Assembly (NCBI GenBank): GCA_964538855.1
Contig: CAZIEY010000001.1
Location: 163,059-227,058 of the forward strand
Reading direction: 5' to 3'
Length of the DNA: 64,000 bases
From: an uncultured Candidatus Saccharibacteria bacterium
Lineage (GTDB): Bacteria; Patescibacteriota; Minisyncoccia; Phycocordibacterales; JAACPR01
Position numbers and translations under genes: made by a program. The notes below the pieces were generated by a model that was not told the origin of the DNA, searched no databases, and worked only from the letters and a program-made list of their open reading frames with translations. Each line of letters begins with the position of its first letter. Positions within the stretch are counted from its first letter, which is position 1. Below are positions 36,573 to 46,914 of the stretch, piece after piece.

Positions 36573-37980
36573 TGAGCTCGACAGTCTCCCCCTCCTCTGG
36601 ATGCACCGCATCAACGCCTAATTCGTCTCGCAATCGCTGTGCTAAAAAGAGCGCGGTTTTCGGCTCACCCATCACAACAAAAACTTTTTTGAGCGTCTTT
36701 GCGGTATGCTCGACAAATTGCACTAAATGATCAGAATCCATGTGCGAAGAATATCCGTTAATCACAATCACTTCTGCATTCACAGGAATTCGATCGCCAT
36801 CAATAGACACAGACGCGTTTTTCTCTAGAATTGCGCGACCAAGCGATCCAGCTACTTGATACCCAATAAACAAAATGGCATTGCGCGCTTCGGGCAAATA
36901 AATTTTCTCGTGATCCATAATGCGACCACCCGCAGACATTCCCGCGCCCGCGATGATAATTTTTGGACCTAGGACACGCTCGATTTGATGAGAATCTTTT
37001 ACATCCGGCGTGCGAATCAATTTCGGAAAGTTAAAAATATCATCACCGGCTTTAATCCGAGCCTGCACTTTTTCATTAAAACAATCTGTGTTTTGAGCAT
37101 ATACATTCGTCAATTTAATCCCGAGTGGTGAATCAAAATATGTCGGCACCACAGGCACTCGCCCCGCTTCAATCATTTCATTCATCTCATGCAATAGCAC
37201 CTGTGATTTCTCGAGTGAAAATGAGGGAATCAGCATCGTTCCCTTTCGTGCGATAATGCGGTTCAAAGCTTCCTCCAATTTTATTTTTCGCGTCTCTTTA
37301 CCTTCGTGATTTCGATCCCCGTACACACTTTCCATGATCATGTAATCTGCATCATCAAAAAATTCAGCGTCACGAATCAGAGGTGTCGGAGAATTTCCGA
37401 GGTCACCCGTAAACACCACTTTTTTATTCTCCGGCTTATAGGTGATTTTAAACATCGAAGAACCTAAAATATGGCCCGCGTCTTTCAAAAAAACTTCGAA
37501 ATCATCATTCAAAAGAAATGGCGTATGATATGGAATGTCGTGCCACAATGTCATCGCAAGAGCCACATCATTTCGCTCGAATGTCTGTGACATGCCACAA
37601 CGTTTCGCCTCGTGCTCGTTAATAGTAAGCGCGTCGGCAAACATATATTCAGTCAATTGACGTGTCTGTGGAGTCGAGTAAATCTTTCCACGAAAACCAT
37701 CTCGTACCAATTTGGGGATTCGTCCAATGTGATCGGCGTGCGCATGTGTCACAAGCAATATATCCATCTCCGCCGGATTATATGGAAACGGCAGACGATT
37801 CGGATCATTTTCACATGTTGCATGGCGCCCCTGCTCTAATCCACAATCTATCAGTATCCGCGTTTTCCCATCCGACAAGAAGAAATTCGCCCCTGTGACC
37901 GACCCTACTCCACCATGAAATGTGACGGATAATTTACTCATTGATGTTTCTTTTAACATAATAAAATGCTGCGATTCCAC
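36568..37980 (-). CDS. MBL-fold metallo-hydrolase, beta-CASP family ribonuclease (RNase J/CPSF-like)
   Basis: 470 aa with HAHADHIGRIP (HxHxDH), a beta-CASP region, and a C-terminal RNA-metabolising MBL domain. Confidence 0.7.
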   Translation of the reverse strand: MESQHFIMLKETSMSKLSVTFHGGVGSVTGANFFLSDGKTRILIDCGLEQGRHATCENDPNRLPFPYNPAEMDILLVTHAHADHIGRIPKLVRDGFRGKIYSTPQTRQLTEYMFADALTINEHEAKRCGMSQTFERNDVALAMTLWHDIPYHTPFLLNDDFEVFLKDAGHILGSSMFKITYKPENKKVVFTGDLGNSPTPLIRDAEFFDDADYMIMESVYGDRNHEGKETRKIKLEEALNRIIARKGTMLIPSFSLEKSQVLLHEMNEMIEAGRVPVVPTYFDSPLGIKLTNVYAQNTDCFNEKVQARIKAGDDIFNFPKLIRTPDVKDSHQIERVLGPKIIIAGAGMSAGGRIMDHEKIYLPEARNAILFIGYQVAGSLGRAILEKNASVSIDGDRIPVNAEVIVINGYSSHMDSDHLVQFVEHTAKTLKKVFVVMGEPKTALFLAQRLRDELGVDAVHPEEGETVELK

Positions 37981-38377
37981 CCAAAGTGTCCATGATTATA
38001 TCCAAAATAGTATCTGGTAATTCATTAAACCTATCAGTGAAGCCTGCAAATAATTCCCACACTTCCCACGCAAGACCAACAACGAGCACTGAAAAAATCA
38101 TTACGAGCACGATAAGTGAGAAGTTACGTATCTTGCTCGTCACAGGAATGTAACCAGAAGTAAAAAATACAAACGCAGCACCTAATCCAATCACTGCTCC
38201 ACCCAGGAAGTGCATCAAGATATCAAACCAATCCGTGGTCCAATACAATGAGAAGGTCAGTGCGACATAATGCAACCCGGCCACTACAACTGCACTAAAG
38301 AATAATTCCACAAGTAATGGTCGCCGCGTAAGATTTTGTAACATGCCATTATTATACCAAGAATACAAAAAACACAT
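37934..38377 (-). CDS. Conserved multi-pass membrane protein (paralog of 27164-27778)
   Basis: 147 aa with shared ExxE and DxxxDTLGG motifs. Confidence 0.5.
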   Translation of the reverse strand: MCFLYSWYNNGMLQNLTRRPLLVELFFSAVVVAGLHYVALTFSLYWTTDWFDILMHFLGGAVIGLGAAFVFFTSGYIPVTSKIRNFSLIVLVMIFSVLVVGLAWEVWELFAGFTDRFNELPDTILDIIMDTLGGIAAFYYVKRNINE

Positions 38378-38598
38378 ACCGAGATGGCATGCGTTCTTTG
38401 TGGGAGAATGAATGGACCTAGATTTATTCTAGGTGGGCAGCCGCAATTCTGTACCGAGGCACAAAACGATGTAGGCCGAGCCCTTAAAAATTTTTAACTA
38501 GAATCATTCATCCGCCCACATGAATTATACTCCCCTCTTTTTCTTTGTCCAGAAAACAATCTATTCTTTCTTTATATTTGATTTAGAAAAACTTTAGA

Positions 38599-39198
38599 CT
38601 ATTCGAAAATCCCGTCTAGGTTAACATCGTAGAGAATTTGCTCTTGCACTAATCGATAATTGATGATGTCTTTCTTATCAAACCAGAGATCGATTTCCGA
38701 CTCAGCTTCTTTTGGTGAAGTCGACGCATGAACAAGATTTCGCACAGCACGCTTGTCTTTATCAGCAAGCTCGTAGGAATCAATCACGAAATCTCCACGT
38801 AAAGTCCCAACATCAGATGAAAGTGGTTCTGTTGCTCCAACAACCTTACGAACAATCGTCACGGCGTGCGCACCTTGCCATACCATAATAATAACTGGAC
38901 CAGCGCTCAGATATGCCACGTTCTTTGCAAGGACCGATTCGCCAACCGTTTTTGGATCCTTACCAGAAACATCAACCCCGCTAGCCACTAACCCCCGGAT
39001 TGATTTTGCGCCAACTTTTTCAATCCACCCTTCTTCTAATAGATAATGTTTCTTAATTTGTTCTGCATCCGCCACGATAAATTTCATCGCCACTAATTTA
39101 AGACCGGTTCGTTCAATACGTTTAATAGTTTCTCCAATAAGACCACGCTGTACACCATCCGGCTTTATTAAAACAAATGTACGTTCTTTATTCATCAT
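38599..39198 (-). CDS. ndk: Nucleoside diphosphate kinase (long form with insertion)
   Basis: ERTFVLIKPDGVQRGLIGE start and the NLVHAS catalytic-His region. Confidence 0.8.
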   Translation of the reverse strand: MMNKERTFVLIKPDGVQRGLIGETIKRIERTGLKLVAMKFIVADAEQIKKHYLLEEGWIEKVGAKSIRGLVASGVDVSGKDPKTVGESVLAKNVAYLSAGPVIIMVWQGAHAVTIVRKVVGATEPLSSDVGTLRGDFVIDSYELADKDKRAVRNLVHASTSPKEAESEIDLWFDKKDIINYRLVQEQILYDVNLDGIFE

Positions 39199-39199
39199 A

Positions 39200-39541
39200 T
39201 TATTGTAAAGTTTTTAAAAATTTAAACATAGACTGTTCGTCCTCGAGATCAAAACGAGTAGCTTTTATAACATTCTCGAACTCGCCCCTCAAAATATAGT
39301 ACGCGGCACAATTCTCGAGAGTCTCGGGAGAAGTTTTATAATCTAATTCTTTCAAAAATCTCTGTATTTGATCCTCTAAATCCAAGACATTACCCGATTT
39401 TGCAAAAATCTCATTTCTCAAATCAATCATCGCTGGAATATTCTCAAAACCTTCCCCGTAAAATTCTAATTCATCGACACCCTCCCCATCTTCTGCGGAG
39501 TGAACAGGATTTCTATCGTAAAAATTAAAGCCTTCAAACAT
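39200..39541 (-). CDS. Hypothetical acidic protein
   Basis: 113-aa ORF translationally coupled to ndk. Confidence 0.45.
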   Translation of the reverse strand: MFEGFNFYDRNPVHSAEDGEGVDELEFYGEGFENIPAMIDLRNEIFAKSGNVLDLEDQIQRFLKELDYKTSPETLENCAAYYILRGEFENVIKATRFDLEDEQSMFKFLKTLQ

Positions 39542-39565
39542 GCGCAGATTATATCACGCCGAAAA

Positions 39566-40333
39566 TTATTTTGTCATGATAACAGGACCCTTTTCTGTGA
39601 TGGCGATAGTGTGTTCGACCTGGACGGCGATGGAACCGTCCGTGGTCATATACGTATAACCATCTTTTGCCAATTTAATCCCCGAATAACCGAGCCCAAA
39701 CATCGGCTCAATCGCAAGAACCATGCCCGGCACAATCTCTTCACCCTCACCAGGATTGCCGTAATTTGGCACATAAGGGTCCTCGTGCACCGCAAAACCC
39801 ACACCATGCCCAGCGAGGTGCTGAATAACGCAAAATCCGTGCTGTTTCGCAACGTTTGAAATCGCGTAACCAATGTCCCCAATGCGATTCCCTGGACGAG
39901 CCTGATCAATACCCGCCTGAAGCGCCTCCTTCGCCGCCTTGAGTAATTCGCGCACTTTCTTGTCCACCTTGCCTACAAGAAACGTCACCGCATGATCTGT
40001 GTACAACCCCTTATAAATTAAACCAGCATCAAGCGTCACTACATCGCCCGTTTTAATGGTCTTAGGATTTTCGTTTGGAATACCGTGCACAATCTCGTCA
40101 TTAAGTGCAATGCACGAAGCCGCTGGATAAGGCCGCTTGGCCCCATCAGGCGTGTAATTCAAAAACGATGGGATCCCGCCCGCCTCTATCATCATTTTAT
40201 GTATCATCTCGTCCAAAAAAGCAGTAGTGACGCCGGGTTTAATCTCAGCACCAACCACCTTCAAAATATGCGCGAGTATTTTCCCACCCTCTCGAATAGT
40301 CTTGATTTGTTCTTTGGTTTTGAGTTTAATCAT
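39566..40333 (-). CDS. map: Methionine aminopeptidase type I
   Basis: 255 aa with M24A metal ligands in D/D/H/E/E contexts (TGDVVTLD, HGIGHG-like, LAIEPM). Confidence 0.9.
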   Translation of the reverse strand: MIKLKTKEQIKTIREGGKILAHILKVVGAEIKPGVTTAFLDEMIHKMMIEAGGIPSFLNYTPDGAKRPYPAASCIALNDEIVHGIPNENPKTIKTGDVVTLDAGLIYKGLYTDHAVTFLVGKVDKKVRELLKAAKEALQAGIDQARPGNRIGDIGYAISNVAKQHGFCVIQHLAGHGVGFAVHEDPYVPNYGNPGEGEEIVPGMVLAIEPMFGLGYSGIKLAKDGYTYMTTDGSIAVQVEHTIAITEKGPVIMTK

Positions 40334-40335
40334 GC

Positions 40336-40932
40336 TTATTTATCAAGCCCCAACACACTCATTATATTTTTATGAACCATTTCAATAGATTGTTCTCCAT
40401 TCACTTCGTGGAAATTATGATGCGGATGTGTACGATATAAATCGATGACAGGAACTACAGATGATTCGAACCAATCCATTCGTGTATTAATACTGTTCAT
40501 ACTCTTGTCATCCATACGTCCACGCGCCTGCATTCTATCTACTGCCCACTGTCGTGACACATTGATATACACAATCTCGATATTTTCTCTCTGGAAGAAT
40601 TCAAAAACTGATTCGAGAGTCCTAGCCTCACCCAATCGTCGTGGTGTACCGTCAATAATCAAATGTTCGTCTTCCTGCAACTGTTCTAGTAAAACACTCA
40701 CCCAGCCCCAAATTGAAAGAAATTCGGGCTGTAATTTACCTTGCACAGCGTTTTCATAAGCCAGTTTACTTGAATAAAACTTTTCCTTTATAAAAGAGCG
40801 AAATTTTTCTCCAGCATCCAAAGAAAATACTGGGCGGGAATCATTCTTCTTCAGATAATCAATGAGTAATTCAACCTGTGTACCCTTTCCGCAACCAGAC
40901 CGTCCTATAAATATTATTGTTTTTAAGTTCAT
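40336..40932 (-). CDS. adk: Adenylate kinase (short, LID-less)
   Basis: P-loop GRSGCGKGTQ and DGTPRR motifs. Position between secY and map. Confidence 0.85.
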   Translation of the reverse strand: MNLKTIIFIGRSGCGKGTQVELLIDYLKKNDSRPVFSLDAGEKFRSFIKEKFYSSKLAYENAVQGKLQPEFLSIWGWVSVLLEQLQEDEHLIIDGTPRRLGEARTLESVFEFFQRENIEIVYINVSRQWAVDRMQARGRMDDKSMNSINTRMDWFESSVVPVIDLYRTHPHHNFHEVNGEQSIEMVHKNIMSVLGLDK

Positions 40933-40955
40933 ACGACAGTAATTGTATACTGTGT

Positions 40956-42230
40956 TTAGTATTCTCGCAAAGAAATCTGTGAATCCAATTTCTTGACCAA
41001 GTCAGTTGCTACTGAAACTGCGATGAGAAGTGATGTACCTCCGAGTGTGAGTGATGTAATACCAGAGAGTGACTGCACCACAATAGGCAAGATTGCGATC
41101 AAACCAAGGAAGATTGCCCCGACGAGAGTAATTCGAGCCAAAATGTGTCCGATGTGTTTTGTGGTTGATTCTCCAGGTCGAACTCCAGGGATAAAAGCAC
41201 CGGTTTTTTGTAGATTCTTTGACATTGCATCTGGATCAAATGTAACTGCAGTATAGAAATATGTAAGAAGCACTACGAGCACGAAGTAAGTAATTCCATA
41301 GTAAAGCTGATTCGCAAGAAATCCTGAAACATGGGAGGCAATAGCTGCAACGGTTGCATTTGCAGAGTTAATAAATACGTTTGCGACTAGTCGTGGCAAA
41401 AGCAACACTGAAAGTGCGAAAATGATTGGAATAACACCAGCCATGTTCAATCGGAGAGGCAAATAAGTTGACGTACCGCCCATAACTGAATTACCCCGAA
41501 CTTGTTTAGGGTGAGTAACAGGAATCGGACGCTCTGCCTCGGTAATAAAGACGACGCTCGTTATAATCACAATCGCGACAAGCACGAAAGCGACATATGA
41601 CACGATCTGAGTCGCATCGTACGCAAAGATCGCCTGTTGAATATGGCCTGGAATACCGGCTACGATACCAGCAAAAATGATGACTGAAGTACCGTTACCA
41701 ATACCGAATTCTGAAATCAATTCACCAATCCAGAGCAAGAGGAATGCACCAGCAGTGATAACAAGAATGTTCAACCCCATTTGGAATCGAGTCAGATCAG
41801 GCAAAATATTTTGTTGTTGAAGAATCAATAGAAAGCTCAGACCTTGTAATACTGCGATTGGCAAAGTGAGTAAACGTGAATATTGTGCGAACTTTTTCTT
41901 GCCTGCCTCCCCCTCTTCTGAATACATTGATTTCAATTTCGGTGACACCATTGTAAACACCTGCATAATAATCGAAGCAGTAATATAAGGACCTACACCA
42001 AGCATTACAATCGAAAGACTGGATAAACCACCTCCTGAAAATACATTCAAGAGACCGAAAAATTGATTACTAGCGAAAAACTGTTGGAGCGCTACTGTGT
42101 CAATTCCTGGAATTGGAATCGCAGCAAATAGTCTAAACACAACGAGTGCACCCAAAACAAAAAATATTTTACTGGATAAATTTCTATCTTGGAAGATTAA
42201 TTTGAGCTTTTGAAAGAAATTTGAAATCAT
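40956..42230 (-). CDS. secY: Preprotein translocase subunit SecY
   Basis: 424 aa, 10 TM segments, follows rplO in spc-operon order. Confidence 0.9.
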   Translation of the reverse strand: MISNFFQKLKLIFQDRNLSSKIFFVLGALVVFRLFAAIPIPGIDTVALQQFFASNQFFGLLNVFSGGGLSSLSIVMLGVGPYITASIIMQVFTMVSPKLKSMYSEEGEAGKKKFAQYSRLLTLPIAVLQGLSFLLILQQQNILPDLTRFQMGLNILVITAGAFLLLWIGELISEFGIGNGTSVIIFAGIVAGIPGHIQQAIFAYDATQIVSYVAFVLVAIVIITSVVFITEAERPIPVTHPKQVRGNSVMGGTSTYLPLRLNMAGVIPIIFALSVLLLPRLVANVFINSANATVAAIASHVSGFLANQLYYGITYFVLVVLLTYFYTAVTFDPDAMSKNLQKTGAFIPGVRPGESTTKHIGHILARITLVGAIFLGLIAILPIVVQSLSGITSLTLGGTSLLIAVSVATDLVKKLDSQISLREY

Positions 42231-42239
42231 GTTTTTGAC

Positions 42240-42680
42240 TTATTCTACCTTTCCACCTGCCTTTTCGATTTGTGCGAGAGCTGTCTTTGAGACCCAGCAA
42301 TTTCGTATTGTTAATTTCTTATCGAGCGCCTTGCCTGACAAAATTTTCACTGGTAATAGTTTACCATTAAATGTGGTAACGAGTTTCTTGTCGAGTAAAA
42401 CTTTTGGGGTGACCATTTCACCGCTCTTAAAATTTGCATTCAATGTGTCGATTGAAATCGGAGTCGCAGAAACCTGAATAGATTTATTGCTATTAACACC
42501 TCGTCCTCGCATTTTCGGGATCTTTTTGATCATGTCACGAATTTCTGGTCGCTTTTTGTGACCGGCTCGAGAGTTTTGACCTTTTTGACCTCGTCCACCC
42601 GTTCGGCCTCGTCGTCCACCACGTCCAACAAGCTTGCTCTTTCGATTTGGTGTTTTTCTTTTTAGTTCATGAATTTGCAT
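42240..42680 (-). CDS. rplO: 50S ribosomal protein L15
   Basis: 146 aa, Gly/Arg-rich N-terminus (RGGRRGRTGGRGQKGQ). Confidence 0.9.
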   Translation of the reverse strand: MQIHELKRKTPNRKSKLVGRGGRRGRTGGRGQKGQNSRAGHKKRPEIRDMIKKIPKMRGRGVNSNKSIQVSATPISIDTLNANFKSGEMVTPKVLLDKKLVTTFNGKLLPVKILSGKALDKKLTIRNCWVSKTALAQIEKAGGKVE

Positions 42681-42696
42681 AGGATTTTGAGTTAGA

Positions 42697-43281
42697 TTAT
42701 CGTTGTAACAAGTTCAAAGCCTGGACTGCAGCTCGGGCAATGTTCAATTTGTTCTTACTACCAGAGAAAATTTTTGCGTTGATATCATTAAGACCAGCTA
42801 GTTCAATCACGTCTTTGACGGCGCTACCTGCAATAACACCTCGGCCAGGAGCTGGCATGAGCATAATTCGTGCGCTTGAATATTTTGTTTCAACACCATG
42901 TCGAATTGAGTTTGCTTTTGTTCGCTTTACATCGATCATGTTTTTCTTAGCGTTTCGAACAGCTTTATCAATAGCAACTGAAGTATCACCTGCTTTGGCA
43001 ATACCTACACCAACTTTACCCTTTCGATTACCAATAATGACAGCTACAGAGAAAGTAAATCGTCGTCCGCCTGAAGAAACTCGAGTTACGCGTCGTACAG
43101 AAATAGTTTTCTGGTCAAATTCTGACTTAACTCGTTCTGGTCGCTTTGAAGTTCGGCGCTTATTTTTGCGGAATTCACGCTTGTCACCTTCTTGAGGGGC
43201 AAAGCTTTTTGGAGCTGCAGCCGTTGTAACTGGCGCTGCGCTTGGTACTGTGTTTTCTGTTTTGATGTCTGGTGTATCCAT
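42697..43281 (-). CDS. rpsE: 30S ribosomal protein S5 (N-terminal extension)
   Basis: 194 aa, RVTRVSSGGRRFTFSV.VIIGN core. No L30 gene between rpsE and rplO. Confidence 0.9.
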   Translation of the reverse strand: MDTPDIKTENTVPSAAPVTTAAAPKSFAPQEGDKREFRKNKRRTSKRPERVKSEFDQKTISVRRVTRVSSGGRRFTFSVAVIIGNRKGKVGVGIAKAGDTSVAIDKAVRNAKKNMIDVKRTKANSIRHGVETKYSSARIMLMPAPGRGVIAGSAVKDVIELAGLNDINAKIFSGSKNKLNIARAAVQALNLLQR

Positions 43282-43285
43282 AGTA

Positions 43286-43636
43286 TTAAAATTCTAAACC
43301 GTTAGTTCGAGCTGAATCAGCTACGACTTTAATATTACCTCGGAAAAGGTAACCTCCTCGATCAAAGATTACTTTGACGATTTTTTTAGCTTTTGCCAAT
43401 TCCGCGATTGCTTTGCCGGCTGAAACAGATTTTTCTTTAAGAGTCTTACCGTCTAGATTTTTAGTCCACACGTAAGCAATTGTTTCTGCTTTTACATCGT
43501 CAATCAACTGCACAGTAATGTGTTTGTTTGATCTGAAAACAGACAATCGAGGTTTTTCTGCGCTACCGATAACACGCGCTCGAATTCGATTTCGTCGTGC
43601 TGTTCTTTTTGCTAGTTTTGAAGTTAATTTAGCCAT
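43286..43636 (-). CDS. rplR: 50S ribosomal protein L18
   Basis: 116 aa. Confidence 0.9.
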   Translation of the reverse strand: MAKLTSKLAKRTARRNRIRARVIGSAEKPRLSVFRSNKHITVQLIDDVKAETIAYVWTKNLDGKTLKEKSVSAGKAIAELAKAKKIVKVIFDRGGYLFRGNIKVVADSARTNGLEF

Positions 43637-43646
43637 GGGTTTTTAA

Positions 43647-44180
43647 TTATACGTTTTTCTTACCTTCTTTTCGGCGAATCGTTTCGGTGCTGTATCGAAT
43701 TCCCTTGCCCTTGTAAGGTTCAGGTTTCTTTTGCGCTCGCAATTTCGCTGCAAAATGTCCGACGACTTGTTTGTCGATGCCTGAAATTGTGATAGTTCCC
43801 TTTTCGCTAGTTACTTTGAGACCCTCTGGAATCTCGAGCTCGACTGGGTGTGAAAAACCAATTTTGAGAACCATTTTTTTACCTGCGACGTCGGCTTTGT
43901 AACCAACACCTTCGATCATGAGAACTTTTTCAAAAGCCTTGTTCACACCAGCAATCATATTGTCGATAATTGATGTGTAAGTCCCCCAGAGCACCAATGT
44001 TTGTGCGTCTTGATTTTTTGGTTTAACCACAACTGTTTCGCCCTCCTTTACGATTTCAACTGATGAATCATAATTCATCTTTAATTCTCCAAGTGGTCCT
44101 TTTACGGTAACAGTTTCTGCTGAAATAGTGATTTCAGTTTTTGGAATAATTTGTACTGGTTTTTTTCCGATTCGTGACAT
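43647..44180 (-). CDS. rplF: 50S ribosomal protein L6
   Basis: 177 aa, MSRIGKKPV start. Confidence 0.9.
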   Translation of the reverse strand: MSRIGKKPVQIIPKTEITISAETVTVKGPLGELKMNYDSSVEIVKEGETVVVKPKNQDAQTLVLWGTYTSIIDNMIAGVNKAFEKVLMIEGVGYKADVAGKKMVLKIGFSHPVELEIPEGLKVTSEKGTITISGIDKQVVGHFAAKLRAQKKPEPYKGKGIRYSTETIRRKEGKKNV

Positions 44181-44189
44181 ATATTTTTA

Positions 44190-44579
44190 TTACCAAATTT
44201 CAAACATTACTTCTCCACCGACTTTCTTTTCGCGGGCAGTTCGACCAGCCATAATTCCAAGAGGAGTTGAAACAACTGCGATTCCTAAACCATTCAAAAC
44301 TGGGTTGATGTATTGTGAACCTCGGTAAATTCTCTTTGAAAGTTTTGAAACGCGTTTTACGTCTGTAATCGCTGAATCACCGTCTGCATTATAAGCCAAA
44401 GTAACAGTAATAGTTCGCTTTTTCTTATCTGCATCAAATTCAGTGATAAATTTCTCTTTCTTCAAAAGTTTTAAAATCTCCACATTCAAGTTTGAGAGAG
44501 CCACTTCGACAGTCGGTTTACCAGACATAGAAGCGTTCTTCATCTTGATTATTAAGTTTGAAATTTTGTCGCCTACCAT
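44190..44579 (-). CDS. rpsH: 30S ribosomal protein S8
   Basis: 129 aa. Confidence 0.9.
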   Translation of the reverse strand: MVGDKISNLIIKMKNASMSGKPTVEVALSNLNVEILKLLKKEKFITEFDADKKKRTITVTLAYNADGDSAITDVKRVSKLSKRIYRGSQYINPVLNGLGIAVVSTPLGIMAGRTAREKKVGGEVMFEIW

Positions 44580-44758
44580 GATGATTTTTTAATACCAGGA
44601 ATCTGGCCTTCGTTAGCTAATTCTCGGAAACAAATACGGCACATATCGAAATCTCGCATATAACCACGCTTTCGACCACATTTAAAACATCGTCGAACGA
44701 CTCGACATGCGTATTTTGGTGTTTTTTGTGATCTTGCGATGACTGATGTTTTTGCCAT
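44573..44758 (-). CDS. rpsN: 30S ribosomal protein S14 type Z (zinc-binding)
   Basis: 61 aa, CRVVRRC...CRIC. Confidence 0.9.
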   Translation of the reverse strand: MAKTSVIARSQKTPKYACRVVRRCFKCGRKRGYMRDFDMCRICFRELANEGQIPGIKKSSW

Positions 44759-44805
44759 AAAAGTTTGCCTATATTATCAATTTGACCTTGATAAGTCAAT
44801 CGATT

Positions 44806-45345
44806 TTAACCTTTTTTAAAAGGTATACCAATAAATTCAAGATATGCCAATGTTTCAGCCGGTGAATTAGACTTTACTCCAATTGTAATACCGAGACCAA
44901 ATGAGTCTTTTACATCTTGGTCAGCAGTTTCTGGAAAGATACCATTTTCCTTGATTCCAATAGTGAAATTCCCCATCTCATCAACACTTGTCTTTGAAAT
45001 TCCTAAAAAGTCTCGGGTTCGAGGAAGTGCAATGTGAATCAATTTATCGATGAAACTACGAGCCTTTTCACCGCGCAATGTAACTCGATAACCAGACAAT
45101 TGACCAGCGCGGACCTTGAAAGTCGCGATTGATTTCTTTGCTAATTGATGTGAAGGTTTCTGACCAGCAATCAAAGCGATGTTTTTCTCGATCAATTTGA
45201 TCTTGTTTTTGTCTTGGATTGAACCAACTCCAGATCCGATGACTACTTTTGTAAGTCGTGGAGCTTGCATTGGGTTTGTATAACCAAACTGTTCTTTCAA
45301 AGCCTTGAAAACCAATTTTTCTTTTTCTGTGAGAGTAGTAAACAT
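44806..45345 (-). CDS. rplE: 50S ribosomal protein L5
   Basis: 179 aa. Confidence 0.9.
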   Translation of the reverse strand: MFTTLTEKEKLVFKALKEQFGYTNPMQAPRLTKVVIGSGVGSIQDKNKIKLIEKNIALIAGQKPSHQLAKKSIATFKVRAGQLSGYRVTLRGEKARSFIDKLIHIALPRTRDFLGISKTSVDEMGNFTIGIKENGIFPETADQDVKDSFGLGITIGVKSNSPAETLAYLEFIGIPFKKG

Positions 45346-45349
45346 ATGA

Positions 45350-45592
45350 TTATTTCTTAGAAACCTTAGCAGCTTTTGTGACTAACGCAACATTTGAAAC
45401 GTCGATTGGAACCGCTCGTTCAATTCGCTCCCCCGCCTTGCCATTGCTTCGGGCTTTGACATGCTTTTTTGCCATATTAACACCTTCAACCAAAACTTTG
45501 TTTTTCTTTGGGAAAGCTCGGAGAACTTTTGCTTTTGTTCCCTTATCCTTTCCTGTGAGCACTATTACGTTGTCGTTTTTCTTGATTTTCAT
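45350..45592 (-). CDS. rplX: 50S ribosomal protein L24
   Basis: 80 aa, KIKKND.V.V..GKDKG. Confidence 0.9.
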   Translation of the reverse strand: MKIKKNDNVIVLTGKDKGTKAKVLRAFPKKNKVLVEGVNMAKKHVKARSNGKAGERIERAVPIDVSNVALVTKAAKVSKK

Positions 45593-45596
45593 GGTA

Positions 45597-45971
45597 TTAA
45601 ATTATTTCAGGAGCAAGTGACACGATTGATTGATAACCGAGTTCTCCGATTTCTCGTGGAATTGGTCCAAACACACGGTTTGCAGTCGGTTCAACAGTTT
45701 TACCAATAGTTACGCATACTACTGAGTTTTCATCGAATCGAATATAAGAACCATCCTTTCGACGGAAAGGTTTCTTTTGTCGAACAACAATTCCGATCAA
45801 AACGTCTTTCTTTTTAACTGCTTTTCGAGGTTGTGCTTTTTGAACTGAAAACACAATGAGATCACCAATTTCAGCGTATCGCTTCTTTGTAGAACCGAGG
45901 ATTTTGAAAACTCGCCCAATTTGAGCTCCGGTGTTATCTGTAATGGTAATGATTGATCGGTCTTGTATCAT
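45597..45971 (-). CDS. rplN: 50S ribosomal protein L14
   Basis: 124 aa, MIQ..S.L...DN.GA. Confidence 0.9.
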   Translation of the reverse strand: MIQDRSIITITDNTGAQIGRVFKILGSTKKRYAEIGDLIVFSVQKAQPRKAVKKKDVLIGIVVRQKKPFRRKDGSYIRFDENSVVCVTIGKTVEPTANRVFGPIPREIGELGYQSIVSLAPEII

Positions 45972-45977
45972 AAATTT

Positions 45978-46256
45978 TTATTTAACGATTGAAGTTAAAG
46001 TGAATCGCTTGTCCTTTGAAATAGGTTTGCATTCATAAATAGTAACTCGGTCACCGATTTTTGCAGTATTACCAGCATCGTGCGCCTTGTGCTTCTTTCG
46101 AGTTTGAATGAATTTTTCGTATTTAGGGTGTTTTGTAAAACGAGAAACCATTACAACGATTGTATCTTTCATTTTGTCAGATACAACAACTCCTGCGAGG
46201 GTTCGGCCCTTGCGCACTGGTTGTACTTTTTTTGTTGTTGTTTTGACAGTTGTCAT
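45978..46256 (-). CDS. rpsQ: 30S ribosomal protein S17
   Basis: 92 aa. Confidence 0.9.
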   Translation of the reverse strand: MTTVKTTTKKVQPVRKGRTLAGVVVSDKMKDTIVVMVSRFTKHPKYEKFIQTRKKHKAHDAGNTAKIGDRVTIYECKPISKDKRFTLTSIVK

Positions 46257-46267
46257 GTTTTTTAAAA

Positions 46268-46447
46268 TTATCTGCTGTTTTTCTCGGTCAAGATTCGAGC
46301 AACGTTTTTTCGTTGTTCTCTCATAGCTTTGACATTTTTTGTCGTAGCACCAGAAAGATTGAAACGGGTCTTTCGAATATCCTCTCGCGCTTCAGCGAGG
46401 ATTTTGTTTAATTCTTTGTCTGTTTTTGTTTTAAGTTCTTTTGACAT
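46268..46447 (-). CDS. rpmC: 50S ribosomal protein L29 (below the ORF-track cut-off)
   Basis: Hand translation gives MSKELKTKTDKELNKILAEAREDIRKTRFNLSGATTKNVKAMREQRKNVARILTEKNSR. Expected slot between rplP and rpsQ. Confidence 0.8.
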   Translation of the reverse strand: MSKELKTKTDKELNKILAEAREDIRKTRFNLSGATTKNVKAMREQRKNVARILTEKNSR

Positions 46448-46483
46448 AACTTTGATTCGTTACTCTATCAGATTTTTCCAGAA

Positions 46484-46909
46484 TTACAATCGCGCGACGA
46501 TTTTTGTCTTCACTCCTAATTTTGTTCCAGCCTTTCGCAACGCCTCTTTTGCGACATCATCCGCAACACCATCGACTTCAAAAAGGATCCGACCTGGATA
46601 AATTTCTGCGACATAACCCTGCAAATCCCCCTTACCCTTTCCCAATTTTACTTCGGCTGGCTTTTGGGTATAAGGTCGATCTGGGAAAATTCGAATCCAT
46701 GAACGACCTGTTTTACCGAGCTGTCGTGACATTGCCTTTCGAGCAGCTTCGATTTGATTCGATTTAACTCGATAATATGTAAGCGCCTTCAATCCAAATG
46801 AACCAAAATCAACATTGACTCCTCGAGTTGCGTGTCGAAGTTCTTTGAGTGGATTCTGTCGTCCTGTTTGCCACTTTCGGTGTTTTACTTTTTTTGGAAA
46901 TAATGTCAT
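46484..46909 (-). CDS. rplP: 50S ribosomal protein L16
   Basis: 141 aa. Confidence 0.9.
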   Translation of the reverse strand: MTLFPKKVKHRKWQTGRQNPLKELRHATRGVNVDFGSFGLKALTYYRVKSNQIEAARKAMSRQLGKTGRSWIRIFPDRPYTQKPAEVKLGKGKGDLQGYVAEIYPGRILFEVDGVADDVAKEALRKAGTKLGVKTKIVARL

Positions 46910-46914
46910 ACGTT

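Noticed and set aside
42740-43195. 151-aa plus-strand ORF antisense to rpsE, and similar antisense ORFs across the ribosomal cluster (e.g. 46849-47211, 50146-50529, 52663-52932)
   Set aside because: These are shadow ORFs of highly expressed ribosomal-protein genes. The sense-strand proteins are unambiguous.
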